From: an uncultured Bacteroidales bacterium
GTDB taxonomy: Bacteria; Bacteroidota; Bacteroidia; Bacteroidales; JALTDM01
Direction: 5' to 3'
Assembly (NCBI GenBank): GCA_964606715.1
Contig: CAZSHT010000002.1
Span: forward strand, 1 to 34,858
Length of the DNA: 34,858 nucleotides
The notes beneath the pieces are model-generated. The model was not told where the DNA came from, made no database searches, and saw only the letters and a list, made by a program, of their open reading frames with translations. Both the position numbers and the translations under genes were made by a program. Shown in pieces: positions 10,077 through 18,830 of the stretch; position 1 is the first letter of the stretch, and every line of letters begins with the position of its first letter.

Positions 10077-11042
10077 CTACAATAACTTTCCAATGATTGT
10101 ATCGGCTGATATTTTATCGGCTTCGGCTTTGTAATTTCGCACTATACGATGCCGTAAGATAGGATATGCTACGGCTTTCACATCTTCAATATCGGGTGCA
10201 TATTTTCCGTGTAACACAGCGTGAGTTTTAGCTCCTATAATGAGGTATTGTGAAGCTCGCGGTCCTACGCCCCACTGTACATATTCCTTCACAATATCTT
10301 CTTGTGTTGTATCGGGACGCGTCTTTGCAACCACTTCTACAGCATAACGCATCAAATTGTCGTTGACCGGTACTTTTTGTATTAATTTTTGGAAAAACAC
10401 TATTTCTTCGCTTGTCAAGATAGGCTGTAACTCAATTGTTTTGCCGACAGTCGTCTTCTTCACAATCTCTACTTCTTCTTCATACGATGGATAATCGACA
10501 ACAATATTAAACATAAAACGATCCAATTGTGCTTCGGGCAACGGATAGGTTCCTTCTTGCTCTATCGGATTTTGAGTAGCCAATACAAAAAATGGTTTTG
10601 GCAATTCGTATTTTATCCCCGAAGCTGTCACATTATATTCTTGCATTGCTTGCAAAAGGGCTGATTGTGTTTTTGGCGGTGTTCTGTTTATTTCGTCTGC
10701 CAACAAAAAATTGGTAAATACCGGTCCTTTCACAAATTTGAATTGTCGTGCTTCGTTCAATATTTCGGTACCGATAATATCGGAAGGCATCAAATCGGGA
10801 GTAAACTGAATTCGATTGGTTTGCAATCCCAAAAGCTGCCCTACTGTATTGACCAACAATGTTTTTGCCAATCCCGGCACTCCTACCAACAAGCTGTGTC
10901 CATTACTAAACAAAGCCACTACCACTTCCTCAACTACCGATTGTTGTCCTACGATAACTTTAGCTATTTCGTCTTTCAACAAAGTATATTTTTCTCGCAA
11001 AAAGTCAACGGCTTCTACATCCGAATTAAACTGTAGGCTCAT
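10077..11042 (-). CDS. MoxR-family AAA+ ATPase
   Basis: Walker A GVPGLAKT, Walker B LLADEINR, sensor region ATQNPIEQEGTYPLPEAQLDRF. The track start is TTG 11063; ATG 11042 (MSLQF...) lies 5 nt after the upstream stop and fits MoxR N-termini. Confidence 0.88.
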   Translation of the reverse strand: MSLQFNSDVEAVDFLREKYTLLKDEIAKVIVGQQSVVEEVVVALFSNGHSLLVGVPGLAKTLLVNTVGQLLGLQTNRIQFTPDLMPSDIIGTEILNEARQFKFVKGPVFTNFLLADEINRTPPKTQSALLQAMQEYNVTASGIKYELPKPFFVLATQNPIEQEGTYPLPEAQLDRFMFNIVVDYPSYEEEVEIVKKTTVGKTIELQPILTSEEIVFFQKLIQKVPVNDNLMRYAVEVVAKTRPDTTQEDIVKEYVQWGVGPRASQYLIIGAKTHAVLHGKYAPDIEDVKAVAYPILRHRIVRNYKAEADKISADTIIGKLL

Positions 11043-11047
11043 AATCT

Positions 11048-12394
11048 TTATTTTTTCAACCAATTATACTGAAAATCACATCTTTTATACGAATCATCGA
11101 TATGGATATAGGTTTCTTTTATTTTTTCCTGTATCCACTCATTAATTTTCTTTTGTTTTTTTTCTGCCAATGCTCTGTTTTGAATGTCCTGATAGTCGTC
11201 TTTCAAATTCATTTTGTGCATCGGTATTACTTTTACCAAGCGAATAATTTGCATTTCTTTTTTGCCGGCTCTGTTGATACTTAAAAACGGAACGGAAATT
11301 TCACCGGGTTTCATTTTTGTTACCAAATCTTGAATGGTTTTATCCATATCTTGCAATTCAAAATTGCTCTTTCCCGTTTTAGGATTCAACATCAAGCCTC
11401 CATTGTTTTTTGTTTCCTTATCATCGGAATTCATTTCTGCGGCTTTCTCAAATGTCAAACTGTCTTTAAAGCTGATAATCGCTTGCCGAATACTATCCAA
11501 TTTGGCTTTTGCATCCATCAAGTCTTTGGTTTTTACTTTCGGCACCAAGAGGATATGTCGCACATTTACTCTATCGCCTCTACGGTCGATTAATTGAATC
11601 AGATGAAATCCAAAATCTGTTTCTATAATATTTGACATCTCTCCGGGAGTTTTCATACTAAACGCTGCTTTGGCAAATTCCGGCACCAAATCGGCTCTTC
11701 CCATATATCCCAATTCGCCTCCCTTTGCTGCTGTTCCCGGGTCTTCGGAATACAATACCGCCAATGTTGAAAATTTTTCTCCGTTTTTTATTCTATCTCT
11801 AAATTCATTTAGTTTTTTTCGGATACGCCAACGCTCCTCATCTGAAATAACAGGCTGTTTCACAATATGTTCCAACACATATTGTTTCGGATATAGTGTT
11901 AAACTATCAGCTGGCAGATGCGTAAAATAATCTTTAATCTCTTCCGGCGTTACCCTTACATTTTTAGTGATTTCATTACGCATTTTCTCAATTATCATTT
12001 GGTCACGCATATCCGATTTAAAGTCTGATTTTATCTCCAAAATTGTTTTACCGAAATACTCTTCCAATTTTTCTTGTGAACCTACTTGTTTTATAAAATA
12101 ATCTATTCGTCTTGCCAAATTTGCCTCTACCTCTGTTTCCGGCACCTCTATACTGTCAATTTCAGCTTGATGCAATAATATTTTTTGAAACAATAAATTT
12201 TCCAATATCAAGCACTTGGGTTGTGCCTCATTCACATATTGTGAACGGTATTGATAATATTGATTTTCGATGTCTGATTTCAAGACAGCCTTGTCGCCTA
12301 CAACGGCAATCACCTCATCAATCACATTGTCTTGGGCTTTTAAAACAGTCGAAAACAAAGAAACGACAAGCAATAATATAAATTTAGTATTCAT
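11048..12394 (-). CDS. SurA-like periplasmic chaperone / parvulin-type peptidyl-prolyl isomerase
   Basis: Signal peptide MNTKFILLLVVSLFSTVLKAQ (ATG 12394; the track begins one codon earlier at TTG). Parvulin motif GGELGYMGRADLVPEFAKAAF...FGFHLIQL. Confidence 0.8.
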   Translation of the reverse strand: MNTKFILLLVVSLFSTVLKAQDNVIDEVIAVVGDKAVLKSDIENQYYQYRSQYVNEAQPKCLILENLLFQKILLHQAEIDSIEVPETEVEANLARRIDYFIKQVGSQEKLEEYFGKTILEIKSDFKSDMRDQMIIEKMRNEITKNVRVTPEEIKDYFTHLPADSLTLYPKQYVLEHIVKQPVISDEERWRIRKKLNEFRDRIKNGEKFSTLAVLYSEDPGTAAKGGELGYMGRADLVPEFAKAAFSMKTPGEMSNIIETDFGFHLIQLIDRRGDRVNVRHILLVPKVKTKDLMDAKAKLDSIRQAIISFKDSLTFEKAAEMNSDDKETKNNGGLMLNPKTGKSNFELQDMDKTIQDLVTKMKPGEISVPFLSINRAGKKEMQIIRLVKVIPMHKMNLKDDYQDIQNRALAEKKQKKINEWIQEKIKETYIHIDDSYKRCDFQYNWLKK

Positions 12395-13259
12395 CAAGGA
12401 TATATGATTTTTTAATATAAACGGCTTTGCGTTTCAAAGCCTCGGCATAAGCATTATGTTGTAGATTCAACAACAAATCTTTTTTGCGTTTATGGATAAT
12501 AACTTCTTTCAGGCGGTTTTTCACCACACTATACGGAATGGTGTCGCCAACACTTAAATGTTCCAATACGCGTAAATAATTAACTGCTGTTGAATCATTG
12601 TATTTGAAAAAGTTTTTGTATTTCAACACCGCTTCGTTTATTCCGAAACTATCCGGCAAGGCAGAATACCCCACCCATTCTTCATCGAAATCTTTAAATT
12701 CAAAACTATTTTCTTTGCACAATTCTTCTATCTGCAAATAATTTTTATCTATGTCGGCACGCATTAAATTGTAAACGGTATAGCGTTTACGAGCATTCAT
12801 TGGAATCTTTACCCACAAGACTTTCAGCAATGGTTCTTTCAACCGAAAATCAAAATCAAAAGAATGGTAAAATGCCAATAATGTGCTGTCTTGCACTTGC
12901 GTATCCAATTTGGAAGCAATATAATATTGTTCATACTTATGCACCATCAACAATGTGCGATAATCTTCTACCATTTTATCGATATTGGCTTTGTCGTCAT
13001 CATTCAAATTTTTCGCAGCTTGCTGTTGCAACATTTGCGATTCTAACCAATGCTTTACGAATTCTTTTATTTCGGACAAAGTATCGACTTTTGACACATC
13101 TACACCTTTCAATAATTTCCGAATATCTTGTTTCGACAATACATTATCGCCCACTTGTGCTATCTTATCGCCATCAGACACCTCTTTTTTGTAATGGCAC
13201 GAAGTCATTAATATCAAAGACAGGAGAAAAAAAACGAACCCTTTAAAATATATACTCAT
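12384..13259 (-). CDS. Lipoprotein, SurA/PpiD-chaperone-like without an intact parvulin signature
   Basis: 291 aa with lipobox LILMTSC. Helical, charged N-terminal region resembles SurA N-domains. No GG(E/D)LG...FG(F/W/Y)H motif found. Sits between two parvulin genes. Confidence 0.4.
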   Translation of the reverse strand: MSIYFKGFVFFLLSLILMTSCHYKKEVSDGDKIAQVGDNVLSKQDIRKLLKGVDVSKVDTLSEIKEFVKHWLESQMLQQQAAKNLNDDDKANIDKMVEDYRTLLMVHKYEQYYIASKLDTQVQDSTLLAFYHSFDFDFRLKEPLLKVLWVKIPMNARKRYTVYNLMRADIDKNYLQIEELCKENSFEFKDFDEEWVGYSALPDSFGINEAVLKYKNFFKYNDSTAVNYLRVLEHLSVGDTIPYSVVKNRLKEVIIHKRKKDLLLNLQHNAYAEALKRKAVYIKKSYILDEY

Positions 13260-13262
13260 TGT

Positions 13263-15242
13263 TTATTTTTGTTTCAATGACTGTTTCACCATCTCCAATA
13301 CATCTTGATTGATATCTACCGGATATTTTCGTCGTAATTCTTCTATCCATTTAGCATCTAAATAAGATTGATAGTCGGCTATTGCCAATCCTTTTACTTC
13401 TTCCAATTCTTTGGGTTGCGGTGGCAATTGTTTTCCAAAATATAAAACAGTCAAATCTTTTTTATTTGGTATAATTTTATTCAACCGAACAGCCTTCGAA
13501 ATACGATTGAAATATTTATGGGCAACCGCATAATCATTTAAATACTTGCTCTTATCTTTTTCAAACTTTCCGTGTTCCAAGAGTGTTACTGCTCCACTGT
13601 CGGTTTTATTTATCATTGCTACAATACTGTCGCAAGAATAACTTTTAGAATCTTTTTTCTTCAATAATTTCATCAACGCTTTCATTGTCTTTACATCTTT
13701 CACTTTAAAAGCACCTCCCGCAATACGGGTATTCCACATGTATTGGTCGCGGTGTACTTTGAAATAAGATTCCAATCCGGCAGTATCTTTCACCGCTTTT
13801 GTCCACACCTTCTCATCCATCAAATTGAACAATAAAATACCATCGTGATATTCTTTTAACAAATAACGATATTGCGGATATTTTTTATCCAAATGGGATA
13901 TCTCGTAATTGATTAAAAACTGATTGATAAAATCTTCATATTGCTTATCGATATAAGTTTTTATCGGTTGCGGATTAAGGCGTTGTTTCAAATTACTCAA
14001 ATAATCGACAAACAACTGTTGCGAATATCCTTTTCCGTTCATCGTAAACAACGGCTTAGTCAGCTTTGCCGCTTTCGACTTATCCCATTTTCCGTCAAAT
14101 ATAGAAGCATCTACGACTTTATAAAAATCGGCCAAACTCTTTTTATTCAACAAATATTTATTGTCATTCTTTATGCGTAACAATACCGCTTTACGACTTT
14201 TTTCTGCCCGTGCATCTTTTGAAATTCGATCTTTCAAACTGCGTTTTATTTCCTCAAACGGTTTTATTGGTTCTTTTTCTAAAAGTTTTATGATGTGCCA
14301 CCCAAATTGTGTTCTCACCAAGGTCATATCACCTATTTTCTTCAGGCTAAAAGCTGCTTTCTCAAAACGAGGCACCATTTGTCCTGTTCCGAACCATCGC
14401 AATTCACCACCTTTTCGTCCGGTTGATTTATCGTCGGAATATTTCTTTGCCATTTCGGCAAAATCAGCTCCGTGTTGCAACGCGTTATAAATAGAATCTG
14501 CGCGTTGTTTTGCATGGGGTGTCACATTGCTTATCATAATGTGTGCTACTTTTACTTTTCCCACACTCGGGCGTTTGTCTACAACTTTTACAATATGATA
14601 TCCGAAACGCGTTCGTATAGGTTTTGAATATTGTCCTACGGGTGTATTATAAGCTGCCGTTTCAAACGGATATACCATTTGAAATGCTGTAAAATACCCG
14701 ATATCACCACCTTTCATGGCTGAATGTTTGTCTTCGGAAAACAATCGTGCCAATTTTTCAAATTTTTCGCCTTTTTGTAATTTCCCGTAAATATCCATTA
14801 TTTTCTTATGTGCCATATCCACCTCTTTGCCTGTTGCATTTTTCGGCAACAATATCAAAATATGTTTTGCATGAATATCGTAATGCATTCTGTCATAGGC
14901 TTCTTTCATCAATTGCATATCAATCGTCGAATCGGTTAAATAAGGCTTTACTAATTGTTTTTTATATCCTTCCAATTCGCGTTTAAACGCTTGGGTTGTA
15001 TCCATACCTAATAATTGAGCTTCATGGACTTTCAATTTAAAATTGACAAACAACTGTAAATAATCATCTACCGATTTCGATTCGGCAGTCCCCACCTTAT
15101 TATTTTTCAAATAAATACTTTTAAACTCATTAGCCGTTACCGTATCGGTTTTGTCTATTGTCATCAATACTTTCTCACCTGTTTGGGCAAATACAGACAA
15201 AGTCCATTGCACAACAACCAGTAAAATTATGATTCGTTTCAT
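13263..15242 (-). CDS. PpiC-type peptidyl-prolyl isomerase with two parvulin domains (PpiD/SurA-like)
   Basis: 659 aa with signal peptide MKRIIILLVVVQWTLSVFAQ. Two parvulin signatures: KGGDIGYF...FGYHIVKV and KGGELRWF...FGWHIIKL. Confidence 0.8.
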   Translation of the reverse strand: MKRIIILLVVVQWTLSVFAQTGEKVLMTIDKTDTVTANEFKSIYLKNNKVGTAESKSVDDYLQLFVNFKLKVHEAQLLGMDTTQAFKRELEGYKKQLVKPYLTDSTIDMQLMKEAYDRMHYDIHAKHILILLPKNATGKEVDMAHKKIMDIYGKLQKGEKFEKLARLFSEDKHSAMKGGDIGYFTAFQMVYPFETAAYNTPVGQYSKPIRTRFGYHIVKVVDKRPSVGKVKVAHIMISNVTPHAKQRADSIYNALQHGADFAEMAKKYSDDKSTGRKGGELRWFGTGQMVPRFEKAAFSLKKIGDMTLVRTQFGWHIIKLLEKEPIKPFEEIKRSLKDRISKDARAEKSRKAVLLRIKNDNKYLLNKKSLADFYKVVDASIFDGKWDKSKAAKLTKPLFTMNGKGYSQQLFVDYLSNLKQRLNPQPIKTYIDKQYEDFINQFLINYEISHLDKKYPQYRYLLKEYHDGILLFNLMDEKVWTKAVKDTAGLESYFKVHRDQYMWNTRIAGGAFKVKDVKTMKALMKLLKKKDSKSYSCDSIVAMINKTDSGAVTLLEHGKFEKDKSKYLNDYAVAHKYFNRISKAVRLNKIIPNKKDLTVLYFGKQLPPQPKELEEVKGLAIADYQSYLDAKWIEELRRKYPVDINQDVLEMVKQSLKQK

Positions 15243-15268
15243 ATGCTTTTATTTTTTAATCTTTAATT

Positions 15269-16738
15269 TTATCTACTATAATTTGGTGCTTCTCGTGTAA
15301 TCGTAACATCGTGCGGATGACTTTCCACTTGTCCTGCCGCCGTTATTTTTACAAATTTAGCAGTTTTTAATTTATCAATTGTAGCAGCTCCGCAATATCC
15401 CATTCCTGCTCGCAAACCTCCCAACATTTGATAAACAATTTCCGACAAAGTGCCTTTATAAGGAACTCGTCCTGAGATGCCTTCGGGAACCAATTTATTG
15501 ACATCTTCTTCCACTTCTTGAAAATAACGATCTTTCGAACCCTTTTGCATCGCCTCCAATGAGCCCATTCCGCGATATGTTTTAAATTTTCGTCCTTGAT
15601 AAATAATGGTATCTCCGGGGGCTTCTTCCACACCGGCAAACATAGAACCTGCCATTATAGAATCGGCACCGGCTACCAATGCTTTCACAATATCACCCGA
15701 ATATCGAATACCACCATCGGCAATTACCGGCACATCGGTTCCTTCCAATGCTTTCACAACATTGTAAATAGCTGTCAATTGTGGCACACCCACTCCGGCA
15801 ACAACACGCGTCGTACAAATAGAACCCGGTCCTATTCCCACTTTCACGGCATCGGCTCCGGCTTCTACCAAAAACTTAGCAGCTTCTCCTGTTGCAATAT
15901 TTCCAACCACGACATCTAATTCCGGATATCTTGTTTTTACCGTTTTTAGAATCTCGGCAACACCTTTCGAATGCCCGTGAGCTGTATCAATAGTAATTGC
16001 ATCGACACCGGCTTTAACCAGTGCTTCTATGCGCTCCATCACATCTCCTGTCACCCCTACTGCTGCTGCCACTCGCAAACGCCCTTTGGCATCTTTACAC
16101 GCATTTGGACGATCTTGTGCCTTTGTTATATCCTTGAATGTCAACAAGCCTATCAATTTTCCATTCTCATCAATCACCGGTAATTTCTCTATTTTGTAGC
16201 GTTGTAGTGTTTCTTTGGCCTGTTCCAAATTGGTATCCCGTGTAGTCGTTACCAACTTATCTTTCGGTGTCATTACTTCCATCACCGGACGCCCCATATC
16301 AGTTTCGAATCGTAAATCCCGATTGGTAACAATACCTATCAATCGTTTATCATTATCGACAATAGGAATCCCTCCGATGTGATATTCTTTCATCAACCGC
16401 AAAGCTTCGCCTGCCGTTCCTTCTTTGAGCATCACCACCGGATCGTAAATCATTCCATTCTCAGCTCGTTTTACTTTCTTCACCTCTTTGGCTTGTTGTT
16501 CCACTGACATATTCTTGTGAATCACTCCAATACCACCTTCTCTCGCAATAGCCATCGCCATTTGCGATTCGGTAACGGTATCCATAGCTGCGGAAATAAA
16601 CGGAATATTCAAATTGATATTTCGTGTAAAACGCGTTTGAGTATTAACTTCTCGCGGAAGCACTTCGGAATAAGCAGGAATCAACAATACATCATCAAAT
16701 GTATAACCCGATTCAATAATTTTATCATTTATAGGCAT
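15269..16738 (-). CDS. guaB: IMP dehydrogenase
   Basis: Canonical IMPDH sequence from [24 protein letters not shown] pair, catalytic [11 protein letters not shown]. Start moved to ATG 16738: the 27-codon extension in the track (to 16819) is hydrophobic and contains the promoter box. Confidence 0.93.
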   Translation of the reverse strand: MPINDKIIESGYTFDDVLLIPAYSEVLPREVNTQTRFTRNINLNIPFISAAMDTVTESQMAMAIAREGGIGVIHKNMSVEQQAKEVKKVKRAENGMIYDPVVMLKEGTAGEALRLMKEYHIGGIPIVDNDKRLIGIVTNRDLRFETDMGRPVMEVMTPKDKLVTTTRDTNLEQAKETLQRYKIEKLPVIDENGKLIGLLTFKDITKAQDRPNACKDAKGRLRVAAAVGVTGDVMERIEALVKAGVDAITIDTAHGHSKGVAEILKTVKTRYPELDVVVGNIATGEAAKFLVEAGADAVKVGIGPGSICTTRVVAGVGVPQLTAIYNVVKALEGTDVPVIADGGIRYSGDIVKALVAGADSIMAGSMFAGVEEAPGDTIIYQGRKFKTYRGMGSLEAMQKGSKDRYFQEVEEDVNKLVPEGISGRVPYKGTLSEIVYQMLGGLRAGMGYCGAATIDKLKTAKFVKITAAGQVESHPHDVTITREAPNYSR

Positions 16739-16766
16739 ATGGCAACGGTATGAAAAATGTTGCACG

Positions 16767-16774
16767 CAAAGATA
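16767..16774 (-). promoter_or_regulatory. Candidate -7 promoter box (TATCTTTG) for guaB and the downstream envelope operon
   Basis: The plus strand reads caaagata, 28 nt upstream of the ATG at 16738. Confidence 0.45.
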
Positions 16775-16879
16775 GTAAATTAAGATGAATAACACCTCGT
16801 TAATTAATGTTAAGAACACGCATTTTGTTTCCTATCGACAACATCAAAAAACAGCATTCGGACACTACCATAAAATATG

Positions 16880-16887
16880 TATCTTTG
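16880..16887 (+). promoter_or_regulatory. Candidate -7 promoter box (TATCTTTG) for the U32/DUF134 transcription unit
   Basis: Exact TAnnTTTG match, 35 nt upstream of the ATG at 16923. Confidence 0.45.
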
Positions 16888-16922
16888 TTTTTTGAAAAAA
16901 AATAGAATTACAACACTATAAT

Positions 16923-18173
16923 ATGACACGAAGCGATTTTGAATTGTTGGCTCCGGCAGGAAACTTCGAATCTTTAACGGCAGGCATACAAGGTGGTGCC
17001 AATGGTATTTATTTTGGCGTTGACCAACTAAATATGCGGGCAAAATCGACCAACAATTTCTCAATCAATGATTTACCGGAAGTTGTCAAACGCTGTCATC
17101 AACATCAAGTAAAAGCATATTTGGCACTCAACACCATTGTTTACGATCACGAAATAACACTTATGCACCGCTTGGTCGATGCTGCCAAAGATGCACAAGT
17201 TGACGCCATCATTGCTTCCGACCAAAGTGTTTTGTTGTATGCCTCTGAAAAAAAAGTTCCCATACATATCTCCACACAACTCAATGTATCGAACTTGGAA
17301 ACTCTTCGTTTCTATTCTCAATATGCCGAAACCATCGTTTTGGCTCGTGAACTATCGCTTCAGCAAATTGCCTATCTCACAAAAAAAATTAAAGAAGAAA
17401 ATATTACAGCCCCTTCGGGCAATCTTGTTCGAATAGAAATTTTTATCCACGGTGCATTATGTATGGCAATTTCAGGAAAATGCTATATGAGTTTGCACGA
17501 ATACAATGCATCTGCCAACAGAGGTGCTTGCCAACAAACTTGTCGCCGTTCCTATACTGTAACAGATAATGAAACCGGCTATCAGCTCGAAATTGACAAT
17601 GAATACATTATGTCACCAAAAGATTTGGCAACTTACTTCTTTTTCGATGAAATCATCAATGCCGGTGCTACCGTGTTTAAGATTGAAGGCAGAGCCCGTT
17701 CGGCAGAATATGTAAAAACCGTTACCGAAACTTATAACGACATCATCAATGCCGTTTTGGAAAAGCGTTTTACAAAACCGGCTATCAAACAATGGGAAAA
17801 GAAGTTGAAAACAGTTTATAATCGTGATTTCTGGGACTATTATTACCTTGGCAGAAAACTTGGTGAATGGAATAAGACTTACGGTTCACAAGCTACTCAA
17901 CGCAAGGAATTTATTGGTCGCATCACCAATTATTTCGGAAAAATCGGCGTTGCCGAAATTACGATTGACGCACAAAACATCAATCTTAATGACGAACTCA
18001 TCATCATCGGTCCTACCACCGGTGTCGTAACAACTACTATTACAGAACTACGCGTCGATGAAAAAAAAGTAGAAACTGCCAATCGCTCACAACGCTGCTC
18101 TATTCCCATTGCCGAAAAACTTCGTCGCTCCGACAAAGTATATAAAATCGTAAAAACCGAATTTAGCTCATAA
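16923..18173 (+). CDS. Peptidase U32 family protein, Fe-S type (RlhA/TrhP/UbiU-like; the 'collagenase' annotation is probably misleading)
   Basis: 416 aa. N-terminus ELLAPAGN is typical of U32. Four-Cys motif C-x6-C-x15-C-x3-C (CMAISGKC...C..QQTC) at nt 17460..17543. Confidence 0.85.
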   Translation: MTRSDFELLAPAGNFESLTAGIQGGANGIYFGVDQLNMRAKSTNNFSINDLPEVVKRCHQHQVKAYLALNTIVYDHEITLMHRLVDAAKDAQVDAIIASDQSVLLYASEKKVPIHISTQLNVSNLETLRFYSQYAETIVLARELSLQQIAYLTKKIKEENITAPSGNLVRIEIFIHGALCMAISGKCYMSLHEYNASANRGACQQTCRRSYTVTDNETGYQLEIDNEYIMSPKDLATYFFFDEIINAGATVFKIEGRARSAEYVKTVTETYNDIINAVLEKRFTKPAIKQWEKKLKTVYNRDFWDYYYLGRKLGEWNKTYGSQATQRKEFIGRITNYFGKIGVAEITIDAQNINLNDELIIIGPTTGVVTTTITELRVDEKKVETANRSQRCSIPIAEKLRRSDKVYKIVKTEFSS

Positions 18174-18177
18174 AATT

Positions 18178-18768
18178 ATGGCTCGCAGAAAAAACCAACG
18201 CATCATCCGCCATATTCCACAGGCAAAAGGCTTTGCTCCCATCTCAGACAATACGCCTCTGCCAAAAGAAACCATTGAGATGCACTACGAAGAATACGAA
18301 GTCATTCACTTGCTCGATTATGAAGGTCTGTCGCAAGAAGAAGCGGCTCAGTTTCTGCAAGTATCACGCCCCACCCTTACACGCATTTATCTTTCGGCAC
18401 GAAAAAAGATAGCCATTGCCCTTTCGGAAAATAAATCTATCGTATTCTCATTACCACAAAACAATATTGTCATAAAAGAATATTTTTGTCGCTCGTGCCA
18501 AACCATTATAACCGCCGACAATACCGACAAAAACCTTTCGGAATGTCCGCAATGCCACAGCCACGACATTGTTTTGTTGGAATTTTCAAGACCTCGGCAA
18601 CATATGGGAATGGGACGCAACGGTCGTTGCATCTGTCCGCAATGCAACACTTCCTATCCTCACACCTCAGGAAAACCTTGTCGCTCACAAATCTGTCCGC
18701 AATGCAACACGCCTCTTATTCGTGAAGGCTCGGCTCAACACCAACTGATTTTGAATCGAAAAAAATAA
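18178..18768 (+). CDS. DUF134 (UPF0251, COG1342) predicted DNA-binding protein fused to a Cys-rich C-terminal extension
   Basis: 196 aa. N-terminal ~95 aa match DUF134 (FAP...EMHYEEYEVIHLLDYEGLSQEEAAQFLQVSRPTLTRIYLSARKKIA, a sigma-70 region-4-like HTH). The C-terminal ~75 aa carry 10 Cys, including CRSC and three CPQC motifs. Starts 4 nt after the U32 stop. Confidence 0.75.
   Translation: MARRKNQRIIRHIPQAKGFAPISDNTPLPKETIEMHYEEYEVIHLLDYEGLSQEEAAQFLQVSRPTLTRIYLSARKKIAIALSENKSIVFSLPQNNIVIKEYFCRSCQTIITADNTDKNLSECPQCHSHDIVLLEFSRPRQHMGMGRNGRCICPQCNTSYPHTSGKPCRSQICPQCNTPLIREGSAQHQLILNRKK
18631..18710 (+). repeat. Perfect 20-nt direct repeat atctgtccgcaatgcaacac x2, exactly 60 nt apart, inside the DUF134 gene
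   Basis: Copies at 18631..18650 and 18691..18710, both encoding ICPQCNT. A third partial copy, tgtccgcaatgc, lies at 18544..18555. Confidence 0.9.
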
Positions 18769-18804
18769 TTTTTATTTATTTTCACAAAACGATGAAAATA
18801 TTAA

Positions 18805-18812
18805 TAACTTTG
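18805..18812 (+). promoter_or_regulatory. Candidate -7 promoter box (TAACTTTG) for the NifX-like/ChaN-like pair
   Basis: TAnnTTTG match 18 nt upstream of the ATG at 18831, inside the 62-nt gap after the DUF134 gene. Confidence 0.4.
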
Positions 18813-18830
18813 TAGAAAAGATTAAAACTA

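Noticed and set aside
16739-16922. Possible purine riboswitch or other leader RNA upstream of guaB. The same question was asked of the purE/hpt gap at 21437-21513.
   Set aside because: The leaders implied by the promoter boxes are only ~20-30 nt. The regions are AT-rich, and I could not fold any conserved three-way-junction-like pairing.
18544-18710. Three copies of tgtccgcaatgc, considered as a CRISPR-like or regulatory repeat array.
   Set aside because: All copies are in-frame within one ORF and encode CPQC. Spacing is 87 nt then 60 nt, the repeats are only 12-20 nt long, and there are no cas genes. It is reported instead as an intragenic duplication.
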